64,000 nt of DNA from Myxococcota bacterium (GTDB lineage: Bacteria > Myxococcota_A > Polyangia > Nannocystales > Nannocystaceae): the NCBI GenBank assembly GCA_039028615.1, contig JBCCHT010000006.1:96001-160000 (forward strand). The letters run 5' to 3'. The first letter of the stretch is position 1. Every line of letters begins with the position of its first letter. The notes under the pieces were generated by a model, which saw nothing but the letters and a program-made list of their open reading frames with translations, was not told the DNA's origin and made no database searches. This document shows, one piece after another, positions 40,553-50,099 of this stretch. A program made the position numbers and the translations under genes.

Positions 40553-43500
40553 TCAACGGGGGCGCCGGGCCGTCGCCGCGTCGGCGGCGTGCTCGGCCAG
40601 CCACGCGGAGACCTCGGCGCTCTCGATCTCGTGACGCTCCGGGAGCTCCGACCACCACCGCTGCGCGAGCTCGGCCAGGTCTCGCGCTCGCGCGCGCTGG
40701 TCGGTCTGGGGCCAGAGCGCCTGCGCCAAGGCGAAGGCCGCCTCGGCCCGCTGGGCCGCGGGGGCGTGCTCGCCGAGCCGAAGCTCGTAGCCGCGCTCCA
40801 GCAGCCCGAGCGCTTCACCGCCGGGGTCGCCTCGTGCCAACAAGACCCGGCCCAGGCCCACCAACGCATAGCTGGCGTACACATGCTCGGGGCCGAACAT
40901 GGACTCGATCCGCGCCAACGACTGCCGCAGCAAAGGAAGCGCTTCGTCGTGGCGGCCCAGCCGCAGCAGAGCATCGCCCGCGTTGAACTCGAAGATTCCC
41001 AGGTTGGGATGTTCGGGTCCCGGCCGCCGTGCCATCAGCTCCACCGAGCGCAGCAGCAGCGGCAGCGCCTCCTCTTCCCGCCGCAGCGCGACCAGAGCCC
41101 CTCCGACGTTGTTGAGCGCGACCGCGGTACGCGGGTGCTCGCTGCCCATCATGCGCTCGATGGCCGCCAGCGACTGCCGATGCAGCTCCAGCGACTCCTC
41201 GTAGCGCCCCTGCGCCTCGACGGCGATGGCCAGGTTGTTGAGCAGATCGGTGACCTCGACCGCGTCGGCCCCCACCTCGCGCTCGAGAATCTCGTGGGCG
41301 CGACGGATGTTCTGCTCCGCGTCCGCGTGCTGGCCCAGCGCGGACAACGACGTCCCCAGGCTCGCCATGGTGTGGGCGGTGTCGCGGTGCCCCACGCCGA
41401 GCAGGCGCTCGCGAAGGACGAGCGCCTGCTTCAGAACCTGGACCGATTCTTCATACTCGCCGCGCAGGTGATGCAAGTTTCCCAGCGCCTGGAGCGAGCG
41501 GGCGATGTCGGGATGCTCGCGACCCAACAGCTCCCGTTCGATGGCCAGGGACTCGTGCCGCAGGCGCAGCGCCTCGTCGAACTCACCTCGGCGCCGCGCC
41601 CCGATCTCGAGGTTCGACAGCGTATCGGCGACGCCCAGGCTCGGCGTACCGGCATCGCCGCGGGTACGGATCTCCAGCGAACGCGTGAAAGACTCCGCCG
41701 CCTCTTCGTAGTGCGCGTGGGCGGCCTCCACTGCGCCGCGGTCGTTCAGCACGACGGCCATGCTCCGATCGTCGTCGAGCGTCTCTGCCATGGCGACGGC
41801 GGCAGTGGCCAGCCACCGTGACTCGTCCTCGCGCATCTGTCGGGCCCCCACCACGAACGCGAGCAGGCCGAGGCTGCGCGCGGACGCCGGGTGTCGAGGC
41901 CAACCGATCGCGAGCGGATAGGACTCGGACAAGACCCGCTCGGCATCGTCGTAGCGACCCAGCGCCAGCAGTCCTCGACCCTTGGCCGCCGCGGCCTCGA
42001 TGGCCAAGGGCGGGTAGGCCAGCGCGTCCGGTTCGATGTCGTCGACCATCGCCAACGCTTCCCGATGACGCCCGACGTCGTGCTGCGCGGCGGCCCGCGC
42101 CAGGGTCCGCCGCGCCTGCTCGACCCGCTGCTGCTGCTGCAACGACTCGGGAGGATCGACCGCCGCCTGCAGACGGGACAGCTCGGCGCACCGAGCCAGC
42201 GGCGGCACGCTCTCGGCCAGGGCCACCGCCCGCTCCACCACCCCGGCATCCGCGTCGCTCAGGACCTCGGCCACCGCGTCGAGCCGCACCCGCGCCCCCG
42301 ACAGACAGGCCATGCGCAGGTCCAGGACTTCGGCGCTCTGCTCTCCACGGACCGACGTCGCCTCGCACGCCTCGGTGTGCATCTGCACCCATGTGTCGGC
42401 GTAGGGATCGAGTCGACGCCGCACTTGCGACGCCGCCGCCTCGGCGTACTGGACTCCGCTGGCGCGAAACGACTCCGCCACCGCCTCCCGTCGCGGCTCG
42501 TCCCAGACCCCCACCAGGTGCTCCCGGGCTCCACGACACAGCTCGGGGCGCGAGTCCTGCCAGCCGTAGACCGCACTCATCGTAGCGACCGCCGCGACCC
42601 CGACCGCGGCCATGGCCACGCCGCGCGTGCGGTTGCGGGTGCGATCGCGATCGAGCACCGCCAGCAGCGGCAGCATCGATGGCCATCGATCTTCCGGCCG
42701 CGGCGCGAGCCCCCGCTCGATCGCGTCGACCACCTCCTTCGGCACCGCGGCATCCCCCGTCCACTTGGGCGGCCCGGTGAGCTTGGCCTGCGCCAGGATT
42801 CGGTCGTCGCTCGCCGGGTAGGGGCGCGAGCCGACCAGCGCCTCCCACAATGCGACACAAAACGAGAACTGATCGGCGCGAGCGTCGGCGTCCTCTTCGA
42901 AGTGCTGCTCGGGCGCCATGTACAGCGGCGTGCCCACGACCGTGCCTTCCACGGTCATCGGCACGCGCAGGCTGGCGTGACTGTCGGTGGACGAGCGTTG
43001 CCTGGTCGCCGCGGGCCGAGGCTCGCTGGGCTCCCGCAACGCCCGCGCCAGGCCGAAGTCGGTCACGCGAACGCGACCGTCTCGCCCCACCAGCACGTTG
43101 TCGGGCTTGAAGTCGCGATGCACCAGGTCGGCATCATGCGCCACCACCAGGCCGCGCCCCGCCTGCACGAACGCCTCCAGCACCCGCGGCAAGGCCGGCT
43201 GCTCTTCGCTCAGCCAGCGTCGCAGGGTCCGCCCCTCGACCAGCTCCATGACGAGCAACACGGTGGACTCCAGCACCTCGACGTCGTGCACGGTGACGAC
43301 GTTGGGGTGCGCGAGCTGAGCCATGACCTGGGCTTCCCGCACCATGCGGTCGGAGGCCCGCGCATCGAGAGCATCGGCCCGCAGCTGCTTGATGGCGACC
43401 TCGCGCTGGAGCTTGGGGTCGTAGGCCCGCACCACCACGCCCATGCCGCCGGCTCCAATGGCCTCCAGCACCACGTAACGCCCGAGCTCGCGGACGCCCG

Positions 43501-43585
43501 GATCGAGCCCCATCGCCGCCTCGCCCCCGTGATCATGGCCACCGAGCACGGTGGTGGTCATCGACGACGAGATTTCGATGGCCAC
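40553..43585 (-). CDS. Membrane Ser/Thr protein kinase with TPR repeats
   Basis: GAGGMG, HRDFKPDN, DFG and APE, then TM and TPR_12-like repeats. Start uncertain. Confidence 0.92.
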   Translation of the reverse strand: MAIEISSSMTTTVLGGHDHGGEAAMGLDPGVRELGRYVVLEAIGAGGMGVVVRAYDPKLQREVAIKQLRADALDARASDRMVREAQVMAQLAHPNVVTVHDVEVLESTVLLVMELVEGRTLRRWLSEEQPALPRVLEAFVQAGRGLVVAHDADLVHRDFKPDNVLVGRDGRVRVTDFGLARALREPSEPRPAATRQRSSTDSHASLRVPMTVEGTVVGTPLYMAPEQHFEEDADARADQFSFCVALWEALVGSRPYPASDDRILAQAKLTGPPKWTGDAAVPKEVVDAIERGLAPRPEDRWPSMLPLLAVLDRDRTRNRTRGVAMAAVGVAAVATMSAVYGWQDSRPELCRGAREHLVGVWDEPRREAVAESFRASGVQYAEAAASQVRRRLDPYADTWVQMHTEACEATSVRGEQSAEVLDLRMACLSGARVRLDAVAEVLSDADAGVVERAVALAESVPPLARCAELSRLQAAVDPPESLQQQQRVEQARRTLARAAAQHDVGRHREALAMVDDIEPDALAYPPLAIEAAAAKGRGLLALGRYDDAERVLSESYPLAIGWPRHPASARSLGLLAFVVGARQMREDESRWLATAAVAMAETLDDDRSMAVVLNDRGAVEAAHAHYEEAAESFTRSLEIRTRGDAGTPSLGVADTLSNLEIGARRRGEFDEALRLRHESLAIERELLGREHPDIARSLQALGNLHHLRGEYEESVQVLKQALVLRERLLGVGHRDTAHTMASLGTSLSALGQHADAEQNIRRAHEILEREVGADAVEVTDLLNNLAIAVEAQGRYEESLELHRQSLAAIERMMGSEHPRTAVALNNVGGALVALRREEEALPLLLRSVELMARRPGPEHPNLGIFEFNAGDALLRLGRHDEALPLLRQSLARIESMFGPEHVYASYALVGLGRVLLARGDPGGEALGLLERGYELRLGEHAPAAQRAEAAFALAQALWPQTDQRARARDLAELAQRWWSELPERHEIESAEVSAWLAEHAADAATARRPR

Positions 43586-43689
43586 GACCGCTCCATGGTG
43601 CCCTGCGCCCGAACCAACGACCAGCCACAGTTGCAGATCGGGCCCGGTTGGATCGAGACTCCGTCGCGAACATCGAACGGACGACGCCG

Positions 43690-44091
43690 ATGGCTACCGA
43701 ATCGAAACTCCGGACAATCGCCCGCACCGTGCTGGGAGTGCTGCTCGTCCTGCAGGGCATCAACCACTTCATCAGCGTGGACTTCATGGTGAAGATGATC
43801 CCCGCGTACCTGCCCGAGCCGTTGCTGCTCGTGCAGCTCAGCGGCGTCGCCGAGATCCTCTTGGGCGCGCTGGTGTTCGTGCCGCGGTTTCGTCGCCTCG
43901 CCGGGTTCGGCATCTTGGCCCTGCTGGTGGCGGTGTTCCCCGCCAACCTCCAGATGGCCCTGCACCCCGAACAGTGGCCCGACATCCCCCAAGCGGCGCT
44001 GTGGGTTCGGCTGCCCTTCCAGCTGGTGTTCGCGGCGTGGACCTGGTGGACGTGCCTCGCCCCCACCGCCCCCGACACGTCGAAGCCGTAG
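43690..44091 (+). CDS. DoxX-like membrane protein
   Basis: GINHF...MIPAYLP..SGVAEI..AVFPANL..RLPFQ. Confidence 0.8.
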   Translation: MATESKLRTIARTVLGVLLVLQGINHFISVDFMVKMIPAYLPEPLLLVQLSGVAEILLGALVFVPRFRRLAGFGILALLVAVFPANLQMALHPEQWPDIPQAALWVRLPFQLVFAAWTWWTCLAPTAPDTSKP

Positions 44092-44122
44092 TTCTCCGCT
44101 CCGCCACAAAATTCGACGAAAC

Positions 44123-44165
44123 GACGCCGCCCCGTGGACCGCTCGGTCCCGGGGCGTCTCTTTTT
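44123..44165 (+). terminator. Terminator (hairpin family copy D)
   Basis: GCCCCGTG-GACCG-CT-CGGTC-CCGGGGCG then TCTCTTTTT. Confidence 0.6.
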
Positions 44166-44176
44166 GATCACGGACG

Positions 44177-44488
44177 ATGCAGCAGCCCTACTACGACATG
44201 TACATGTGCTTGATGGAGAACGATTGGCAGTACTGGGGCCAGTGGAAATACAACGTCAAGGCCAAGCTCAACGAGGCGATCTACATCGGGACCAACCTGG
44301 ATCACATCACGATCTTGGCCCACACCCGCGGGTATCACCGCACCGTCGGGCGCCGCACGGGACGGCAGGTGACCGCCATCATGCGGGTGCCGGAGCTTTG
44401 CTACGAGGTCAACCGCGCCGGGTTCTCGCGGGAGATCACCGAGGCGCTCGCGTGGTTCCACGACCACATCACGTACGAGCACCCCTAG
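44177..44488 (+). CDS. Small orphan hypothetical protein (103 aa)
   Basis: Strong GC3 bias despite AT-rich amino-acid content. An in-frame stop at 44165 fixes the start. Confidence 0.65.
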   Translation: MQQPYYDMYMCLMENDWQYWGQWKYNVKAKLNEAIYIGTNLDHITILAHTRGYHRTVGRRTGRQVTAIMRVPELCYEVNRAGFSREITEALAWFHDHITYEHP

Positions 44489-44503
44489 CCCGGCGCCAGC
44501 GGC

Positions 44504-45223
44504 TCAGCGCCCGAGGCCGACTGCCGCGACGAGCAGGCCCCCGACCAGCGCGACCCAGGTCGCCGCATGGCATGCGGCCTCTCCCAGGCGGGGCCGGACC
44601 CACCGCCCCAGCAGGTTGCCCGCCAAGATGCCCACGCCCAGCACCAGCGCGGTGGGCAGGTCGGCGGGGCCGAGCATGCCCGTGCCGGCGTAGCCCATGA
44701 TGCGGGCGACGTGAATCGAGCAGGCGACCATCGCTCCGGTCGCCACCAGGGTCTTGCCCCGCAACCCGGCCGCGAGCATCAGCGGGGCCAAGATCAAGCC
44801 GCCGCCTCCGGTCGTCGCGGTCACGAACCCGACGACGGCCCCGCCTCCGGTCAGCCATGATCGCCCCAGGGGAATTCGCACCCAGCCCTGCTCTCGGGCC
44901 ACCGCCACCACGGTGACGCCCAGCAGCAGCCATCGGATCAACGGCTCGGGCAGCGCGGCGCTGATGAGCCCACCGACGGCTGCGCCCACCACCGCGCCCA
45001 AGACCATGCGCCGCGCGGCCGCAGGCACCAGGTGACGCCGAAACAGCCACATGCGGTGGCCCGTGCCCAGCAGCAGCGCGGGCGCGGTGACGGCCAGGGC
45101 GGTATGCGGATCCAACAGCGCCGCCAGGACCACCGTGATCAACAGACCGCCGCCGATACCCGCGACGGTCGACAACAGCCCCGCCGCGATCCCCAGCGGC
45201 ACGATGATCGCCATGACATCCAC
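44504..45223 (-). CDS. Sulfite exporter TauE/SafE family protein
   Basis: GIGGG and TGGGG motifs, about 8 TM segments. Confidence 0.8.
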   Translation of the reverse strand: MDVMAIIVPLGIAAGLLSTVAGIGGGLLITVVLAALLDPHTALAVTAPALLLGTGHRMWLFRRHLVPAAARRMVLGAVVGAAVGGLISAALPEPLIRWLLLGVTVVAVAREQGWVRIPLGRSWLTGGGAVVGFVTATTGGGGLILAPLMLAAGLRGKTLVATGAMVACSIHVARIMGYAGTGMLGPADLPTALVLGVGILAGNLLGRWVRPRLGEAACHAATWVALVGGLLVAAVGLGR

Positions 45224-45269
45224 GGACCCGAGCTTGAGCCGAAGGCGTGTATCGGTCCAACGAAACTAT

Positions 45270-45286
45270 TTTATGTTTACCATAAA
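45270..45286. promoter_or_regulatory. LysR-type binding site
   Basis: Palindrome TTTATG-TTTAC-CATAAA containing T-N11-A, between the divergent tauE-like and lysR genes. Confidence 0.7.
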
Positions 45287-45310
45287 TGAAACCGATGGAA
45301 TGCTCGAGGC

Positions 45311-46150
45311 GTGTACGACGAGCTCCAGCACCTGTTGCTCATCGTGGAGCACGGCACCTTCACGGAGGCCGCTCGTCACGCCCACCTGAGTCAGCCCGCG
45401 CTCTCGGCGTCGGTGCGTCGACTCGAGGACTTCATCGGGGCTCGCTTGCTTCATCGCGGGCGGGACGGAGCGCGCCTGACCGCGGCGGGCGAAGCTCTGC
45501 TGCCGCGCGCACGCGCGAGCCTGGCCGCGCTCGACGATGGCCGCCGCGCCGTGGCCGAGGTCATGGGCTTGCGGGCGGGCGAGGTCCGTCTGGGCGCGGG
45601 CACCACCGCCACGACCTACCTTCTGCCCGATCCGCTCGCGCAGTTTCGGGCCCAACACCCGAAGATTCGCTACCTGCTACGGGAGACGACCATCGAGGAC
45701 GGCATCGACGAAGTCGAGCGCGGCACCCTGGACATGGCGGTGCTGACCGCAGAGGGGCACGAGCCGTGGTTCACCGACGAGATGATCCTGGTCGGCGCGC
45801 CCGGGCGACGCGGTCGCACCAACTCGTTCGTCACCTTGCGGCCCGGCACCAACACCCGCAGCCTGCTCGAGAAGCACTTCCCCGAGGCGGAGATCGTGAT
45901 GGAGCTCGGTAGTCTCTCCGCGGTCAAAGGCAACGTGCGCGCGGGCATCGGCATCGCGCTCATCAGCCGGTATGCCGTCGCCGAAGACCTGCGTCAGCGC
46001 CGGTTGGTCCGCATTCGAGACCGGCGGACGCCGATCGAACGTCCGCTGATGCTGGCGCACCGCGGCGTCGACCGCCTGCCGCCCGCCGTCGCGGCCCTAC
46101 GCACGCTGCTGCTGTCGCCCCGAGGCACCCGTCATCTACGGCGGCGCTGA
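45311..46150 (+). CDS. LysR family transcriptional regulator
   Basis: GTFTEAARHAHLSQPALSASVRRLE...LTAAGE. Confidence 0.92.
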   Translation: MYDELQHLLLIVEHGTFTEAARHAHLSQPALSASVRRLEDFIGARLLHRGRDGARLTAAGEALLPRARASLAALDDGRRAVAEVMGLRAGEVRLGAGTTATTYLLPDPLAQFRAQHPKIRYLLRETTIEDGIDEVERGTLDMAVLTAEGHEPWFTDEMILVGAPGRRGRTNSFVTLRPGTNTRSLLEKHFPEAEIVMELGSLSAVKGNVRAGIGIALISRYAVAEDLRQRRLVRIRDRRTPIERPLMLAHRGVDRLPPAVAALRTLLLSPRGTRHLRRR

Positions 46151-46190
46151 GGTGCTCGTCGCCCTGGAGTGCCCGAGGCGAGCGACGGCG

Positions 46191-46856
46191 TCAGTTCTCC
46201 CAGACGAAATCGTCGCCGTCGGCCGCGGAGTGGCACGCAATGCAGCCCATGTCCGCGCCCAGCCCGACGCGACCCGCCAGCGGCACCCCAGCCGGGTTCT
46301 GGTCGATGGAGCCGTCGGGCAGGTATTTCACCCAGAACCAGTCGCCGGCCTCGGGCTCGTAGCCCTCCACGCGAGCCATCACCGTGATCGCGGCCAGGCT
46401 GTCCTCGCTGTCCTCGGCGAAGTTCTCCTTGAGCAGGACCGAGCCCGGCTCGAGCGTGACGAGGTCGGCCGCGGCCACGTCGTTGCTGAAGACCCGCACG
46501 AAGGCGCCGTGGGGCATGCCGCCGGGGCGGATGCCATCGAGGCCGGGCAGCGTGGACCACTCGGTGTAGCCCTGGACGTCCTGCCACAGCTGAGCCGCTC
46601 GCTCCACGTCGTCGCTGCCGCCGAACGGAGGCGGAGCATCCTCGCCGCCCGAGCCGTCGGTGGGTCCGTCTGCCCCGTCGTCTTCGGAGTCGACCCCGGA
46701 TTCGGTCGCGGGCTCGCCCGCGTCGCTGTCGTGGCTGTGGCCCTCGTCCGCGGCCATGGTCTCGTCGTCGGCTTCATCGGCGCCACATCCGAAGATCAGC
46801 GCTGTACCGAGGCATGTAGTGATCAAGCGAGTAGTCGTCGTTACGCGAATACGCAT
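46191..46856 (-). CDS. Cytochrome P460 family lipoprotein
   Basis: IFGC lipobox, GSVLLKEN, ITVM, GDWFW and C-terminal CIACH. Confidence 0.82.
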   Translation of the reverse strand: MRIRVTTTTRLITTCLGTALIFGCGADEADDETMAADEGHSHDSDAGEPATESGVDSEDDGADGPTDGSGGEDAPPPFGGSDDVERAAQLWQDVQGYTEWSTLPGLDGIRPGGMPHGAFVRVFSNDVAAADLVTLEPGSVLLKENFAEDSEDSLAAITVMARVEGYEPEAGDWFWVKYLPDGSIDQNPAGVPLAGRVGLGADMGCIACHSAADGDDFVWEN

Positions 46857-47203
46857 GAGTGAAACTGTCCTGTTCACGAGCCCCCGAGGCTCTACGGCGG
46901 CAGGAATGGACGAGTCGGAATCGAACGGCAATGGTGCGTGGACTCGCATGACCCCGACGTTGCGCGAAAAGGCGCCCAACTCCCGACAGGTGGCCGTAGA
47001 ACATCGTTGGGCGCTCGACCTGGCCCGTCGCCGAGAACCCGGAGCAGCGTAGGGTTTCAGCCGACATTCGGGCCAATTGCATGGCTCACGATCGAGGTCG
47101 TTCGATCGACCGATCATGACCGATGTCGCAACACGCTCTTCGCAACTTGGCGACGAAGAAATTCATCGATCCATGGCGACGTAACGTCGCCCGGTGGAAC
47201 TCG

Positions 47204-48370
47204 TTAGAGGAGGATTTCCACGACGGCGAAGCCGACGAAGGTCCCCAGCGCCGTGCCGAGCGAGCCGACCAAGATCGCCGGCACCACGAGATCGCGACGG
47301 CCGATGCCTCGCGCCAGCGCCAGCGCCGTCGTCCCGCCGCCGATGTTCGCCTGCGACGCCACCGCGGCCAGGGCCGGATCGCCGCGCATGACGAAGGTCG
47401 CTCCGAAGAGCACCACGCCGTGCACGCCGATCACCACGCTGGCCAGCACCACCAGGCGACCGCCCAGCGCACCGAGCTCCACCACCGCCGCGAGATCACA
47501 GTACGCACCAATGGTGGCCAGGAACACTTGCACGGCGAGCATGCCCAGCAGGTTCGCGCCCGACATGCGAGCGACCGCGGGCACCTGCGCCAGCAGCAAC
47601 GCCAGCGTCGTCAGCACCAGCATGCTCGGTAGCTCCACCCCGACCCCGGCCAGCGCGGCCACGACCTCGTCGGTGAGCCACAGCCCCCCGAGACCCAGGG
47701 TGAGCAGCAACGCCAGGTCGAGCGGATCGACGCGTGCCGCATCGAGGTCGATGTCCTCGTCCGATGCGGACTCGGGCTCGCTCGGAGCGTCGACCTTCGG
47801 CGAAGCGCCGGGACGCGACCACAGGCGCGGGATGGCGATGGTCGCGATCATCCACACCGCGGTGAGACCGGCATCGACCGCCATCGTGCCCACGTAGATC
47901 GCCCCTTGATGCACCACGTCGTAGTGCAGCGCCCACGCGTTGAAGTTGGCGCTGCCCCCGATATACGTCGCGGCAAACATGCCGCCCAACGCCGCCGTCG
48001 AGGGCCCGAACGCACCTTCGCCCACCAGGGCCAGGCCGGCCACGACCCCCAGCACCGTGCCCACCGCACCGATGCCGAACAGCAGCAACAAGGGCAAACC
48101 GGCGGAGAGGGTCCGGCGCAGGTCGACCCGCAGCACCAGCCAGAAGATCGCCAGCGGAGCCCCGTAGCCGAACACCAGGTCGTAGACGACGACGGGATTT
48201 TCGGCCGTCGACGCGGCGGGGATGAGCCCGAAATTGGACCCCAGCGCCCCGACCACGATGACGAGCAGCGAGCTGCCCGCGTGCCGCAACGCGGTGTAGC
48301 GGGCCAAACACTCCGAGACCACCACGCACAGTGCCAACGCGGCGAGTACGAGCCGGGGATCCTCGACCAT
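47204..48370 (-). CDS. DUF819 family membrane protein
   Basis: ATYIGGSANF and ASQANIGGGTTA, multi-TM. ATG at 48370. Confidence 0.85.
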   Translation of the reverse strand: MVEDPRLVLAALALCVVVSECLARYTALRHAGSSLLVIVVGALGSNFGLIPAASTAENPVVVYDLVFGYGAPLAIFWLVLRVDLRRTLSAGLPLLLLFGIGAVGTVLGVVAGLALVGEGAFGPSTAALGGMFAATYIGGSANFNAWALHYDVVHQGAIYVGTMAVDAGLTAVWMIATIAIPRLWSRPGASPKVDAPSEPESASDEDIDLDAARVDPLDLALLLTLGLGGLWLTDEVVAALAGVGVELPSMLVLTTLALLLAQVPAVARMSGANLLGMLAVQVFLATIGAYCDLAAVVELGALGGRLVVLASVVIGVHGVVLFGATFVMRGDPALAAVASQANIGGGTTALALARGIGRRDLVVPAILVGSLGTALGTFVGFAVVEILL

Positions 48371-48451
48371 CGGTCGGGCCACGATACACCGGGCGCATCG
48401 TCGACGAAGACGGGCGTCGGCCTCGCTTCGCGCTACCATGGACGGGTCCCC

Positions 48452-50080
48452 GTGGTTTGTCGTCCTTGGTTTGTCGCGTTCGCCGCCGTCGCGCCGCTTT
48501 TGGCATGCGGCCGCACTCCGCCTGCGTTTCCTCTCCAGGACGACGCGGGCGGCACCCAGGACTCGGGCGACACCACCGATACCGGTGAGTCCACCGGGGA
48601 ACTCAACTGCGTCGACTCGCCCGAGGCCTGCATCGCCGAGCTGTCCCTGCGACGCGCCGTCGACATCTTGTTCGTCATCGACAACTCGGGATCGATGGGC
48701 GGCGATCAGGGCACGTTGGCCCGGAGCTTCGGCACCTTCGTCGACGTGCTCGAGGCCCAGCAGGTCGGCGCCAACTATCGCATCGGCGTGGCCACGACCG
48801 AGGGCGACGGCTTCATCCACGCCAGCAGCTGCCGCTCACGGCTCGACGACTTCGTCAGCAGCAGCACCATCTACGGCGACAAAGACGAGCGCCAGCGCGG
48901 CTGCCTCGACCACTGCCAGCACGAGTCCATCGGCCTGGCCAACCCGTGGGTCGAAAAGAGCAACGGCACCACCAACCTCCCGCCGGGCGTGACCATGGCC
49001 GAGGCCCTGCAGTGCATCGGGCCCCAGGGCATCACCGGGTCCGGCTTCGAGATGCCGCTCGAGTCCATGCGCCGCCTGGTCTCCGAGGACCCGCAGGGCT
49101 TCTTGCGCACCGATGCCCTGCTCGCCGTCATCTTCGTCACCGACGAGGCCGACTGCTCGATGTCCGACGACAACCTCGTGTGGCTGTCCGCGTTCGGCGA
49201 GCCCTTCTGGACCTCACCCGAGCGCCTGTCCTCGGGCGCCTGCTGGAGCGCGGGGGTGCAGTGCGAGGGCGGTCCCGGGGTCTTCGACTCCTGCGAGACG
49301 GCCGACAAGGACCGCAATGCCGAGCCCACCAGCGACCCCAGCGACGCGGTGCTCTACCCCATCGATCGCTACGTCGACGCGCTGACCGAGCTGGCCGCGG
49401 AGAAACAGGCGCAGGGGGGCCAGAGCGAGGTGCTCATCGCCGTGCTGGCTGGCGTGCCTCTCGACTACCCGGAGACGGGTGAGATCGTCTACGCCGACTC
49501 GCCCGACATTCAGTTCAACGAGGAGTACGGCATCGGCCCCGGCTGCGGTCACGGCACGGAGCAGATCGACGACCCGCCCGGCATTCCGCCCGTGCGCCTG
49601 CGGGAGTTCGCCGAGGCCTTCGCCTCCGAGCGTCGCAACATGTTCTCCATTTGTGCCGACGAGTACGGCATCGCACTGCAGGACATCGCCGATGCCATCG
49701 GGGAGATCAACAGCCGGGCCTGCGTGGCCGGCTGCGTGCACGATCTGCGCTACGACATCCCGCAGCTCCAGCCCGACTGCCAGCTCGTCGAGACCTATGC
49801 CGATGGCGCCCCGGACCAATCGGTCAGCGCCTGCGTCACCACCGAGGCGGGCTGGGACTTCCCCAACCCGGCCACTCATGTCTGCTACCGGGCCCTGGTC
49901 GACGCCGATGCCTCGACCGAAACGGCCATCGACGACATGTCCCCGCAGTGCGTGACCCTGGGCTCCAACCTCGAGCTGGTCGTACAGCGGCGCGAGGGCA
50001 TCCCCGTGCCCTCGGGCACCGCGGTGAAGGTGCGCTGCGATCTCGACGCGCCCTTCGGGGTCAGCTGCGAAGACCGGTGA
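48452..50080 (+). CDS. Cys-rich VWA-domain lipoprotein
   Basis: LLAC lipobox, VDILFVIDNSGSM (MIDAS) and FLRTDALLAVIFVTDEADCS. Confidence 0.82.
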   Translation: MVCRPWFVAFAAVAPLLACGRTPPAFPLQDDAGGTQDSGDTTDTGESTGELNCVDSPEACIAELSLRRAVDILFVIDNSGSMGGDQGTLARSFGTFVDVLEAQQVGANYRIGVATTEGDGFIHASSCRSRLDDFVSSSTIYGDKDERQRGCLDHCQHESIGLANPWVEKSNGTTNLPPGVTMAEALQCIGPQGITGSGFEMPLESMRRLVSEDPQGFLRTDALLAVIFVTDEADCSMSDDNLVWLSAFGEPFWTSPERLSSGACWSAGVQCEGGPGVFDSCETADKDRNAEPTSDPSDAVLYPIDRYVDALTELAAEKQAQGGQSEVLIAVLAGVPLDYPETGEIVYADSPDIQFNEEYGIGPGCGHGTEQIDDPPGIPPVRLREFAEAFASERRNMFSICADEYGIALQDIADAIGEINSRACVAGCVHDLRYDIPQLQPDCQLVETYADGAPDQSVSACVTTEAGWDFPNPATHVCYRALVDADASTETAIDDMSPQCVTLGSNLELVVQRREGIPVPSGTAVKVRCDLDAPFGVSCEDR

Positions 50081-50099
50081 GCGCCGTTTCGTCGAAACG

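Noticed and set aside
46972..47014. GCGCCCAAC/GTTGGGCGC inverted repeat and a 48-aa ORF upstream of the P460 gene
   Set aside because: A single 9-bp stem and a short ORF are within chance expectation, with no additional support.
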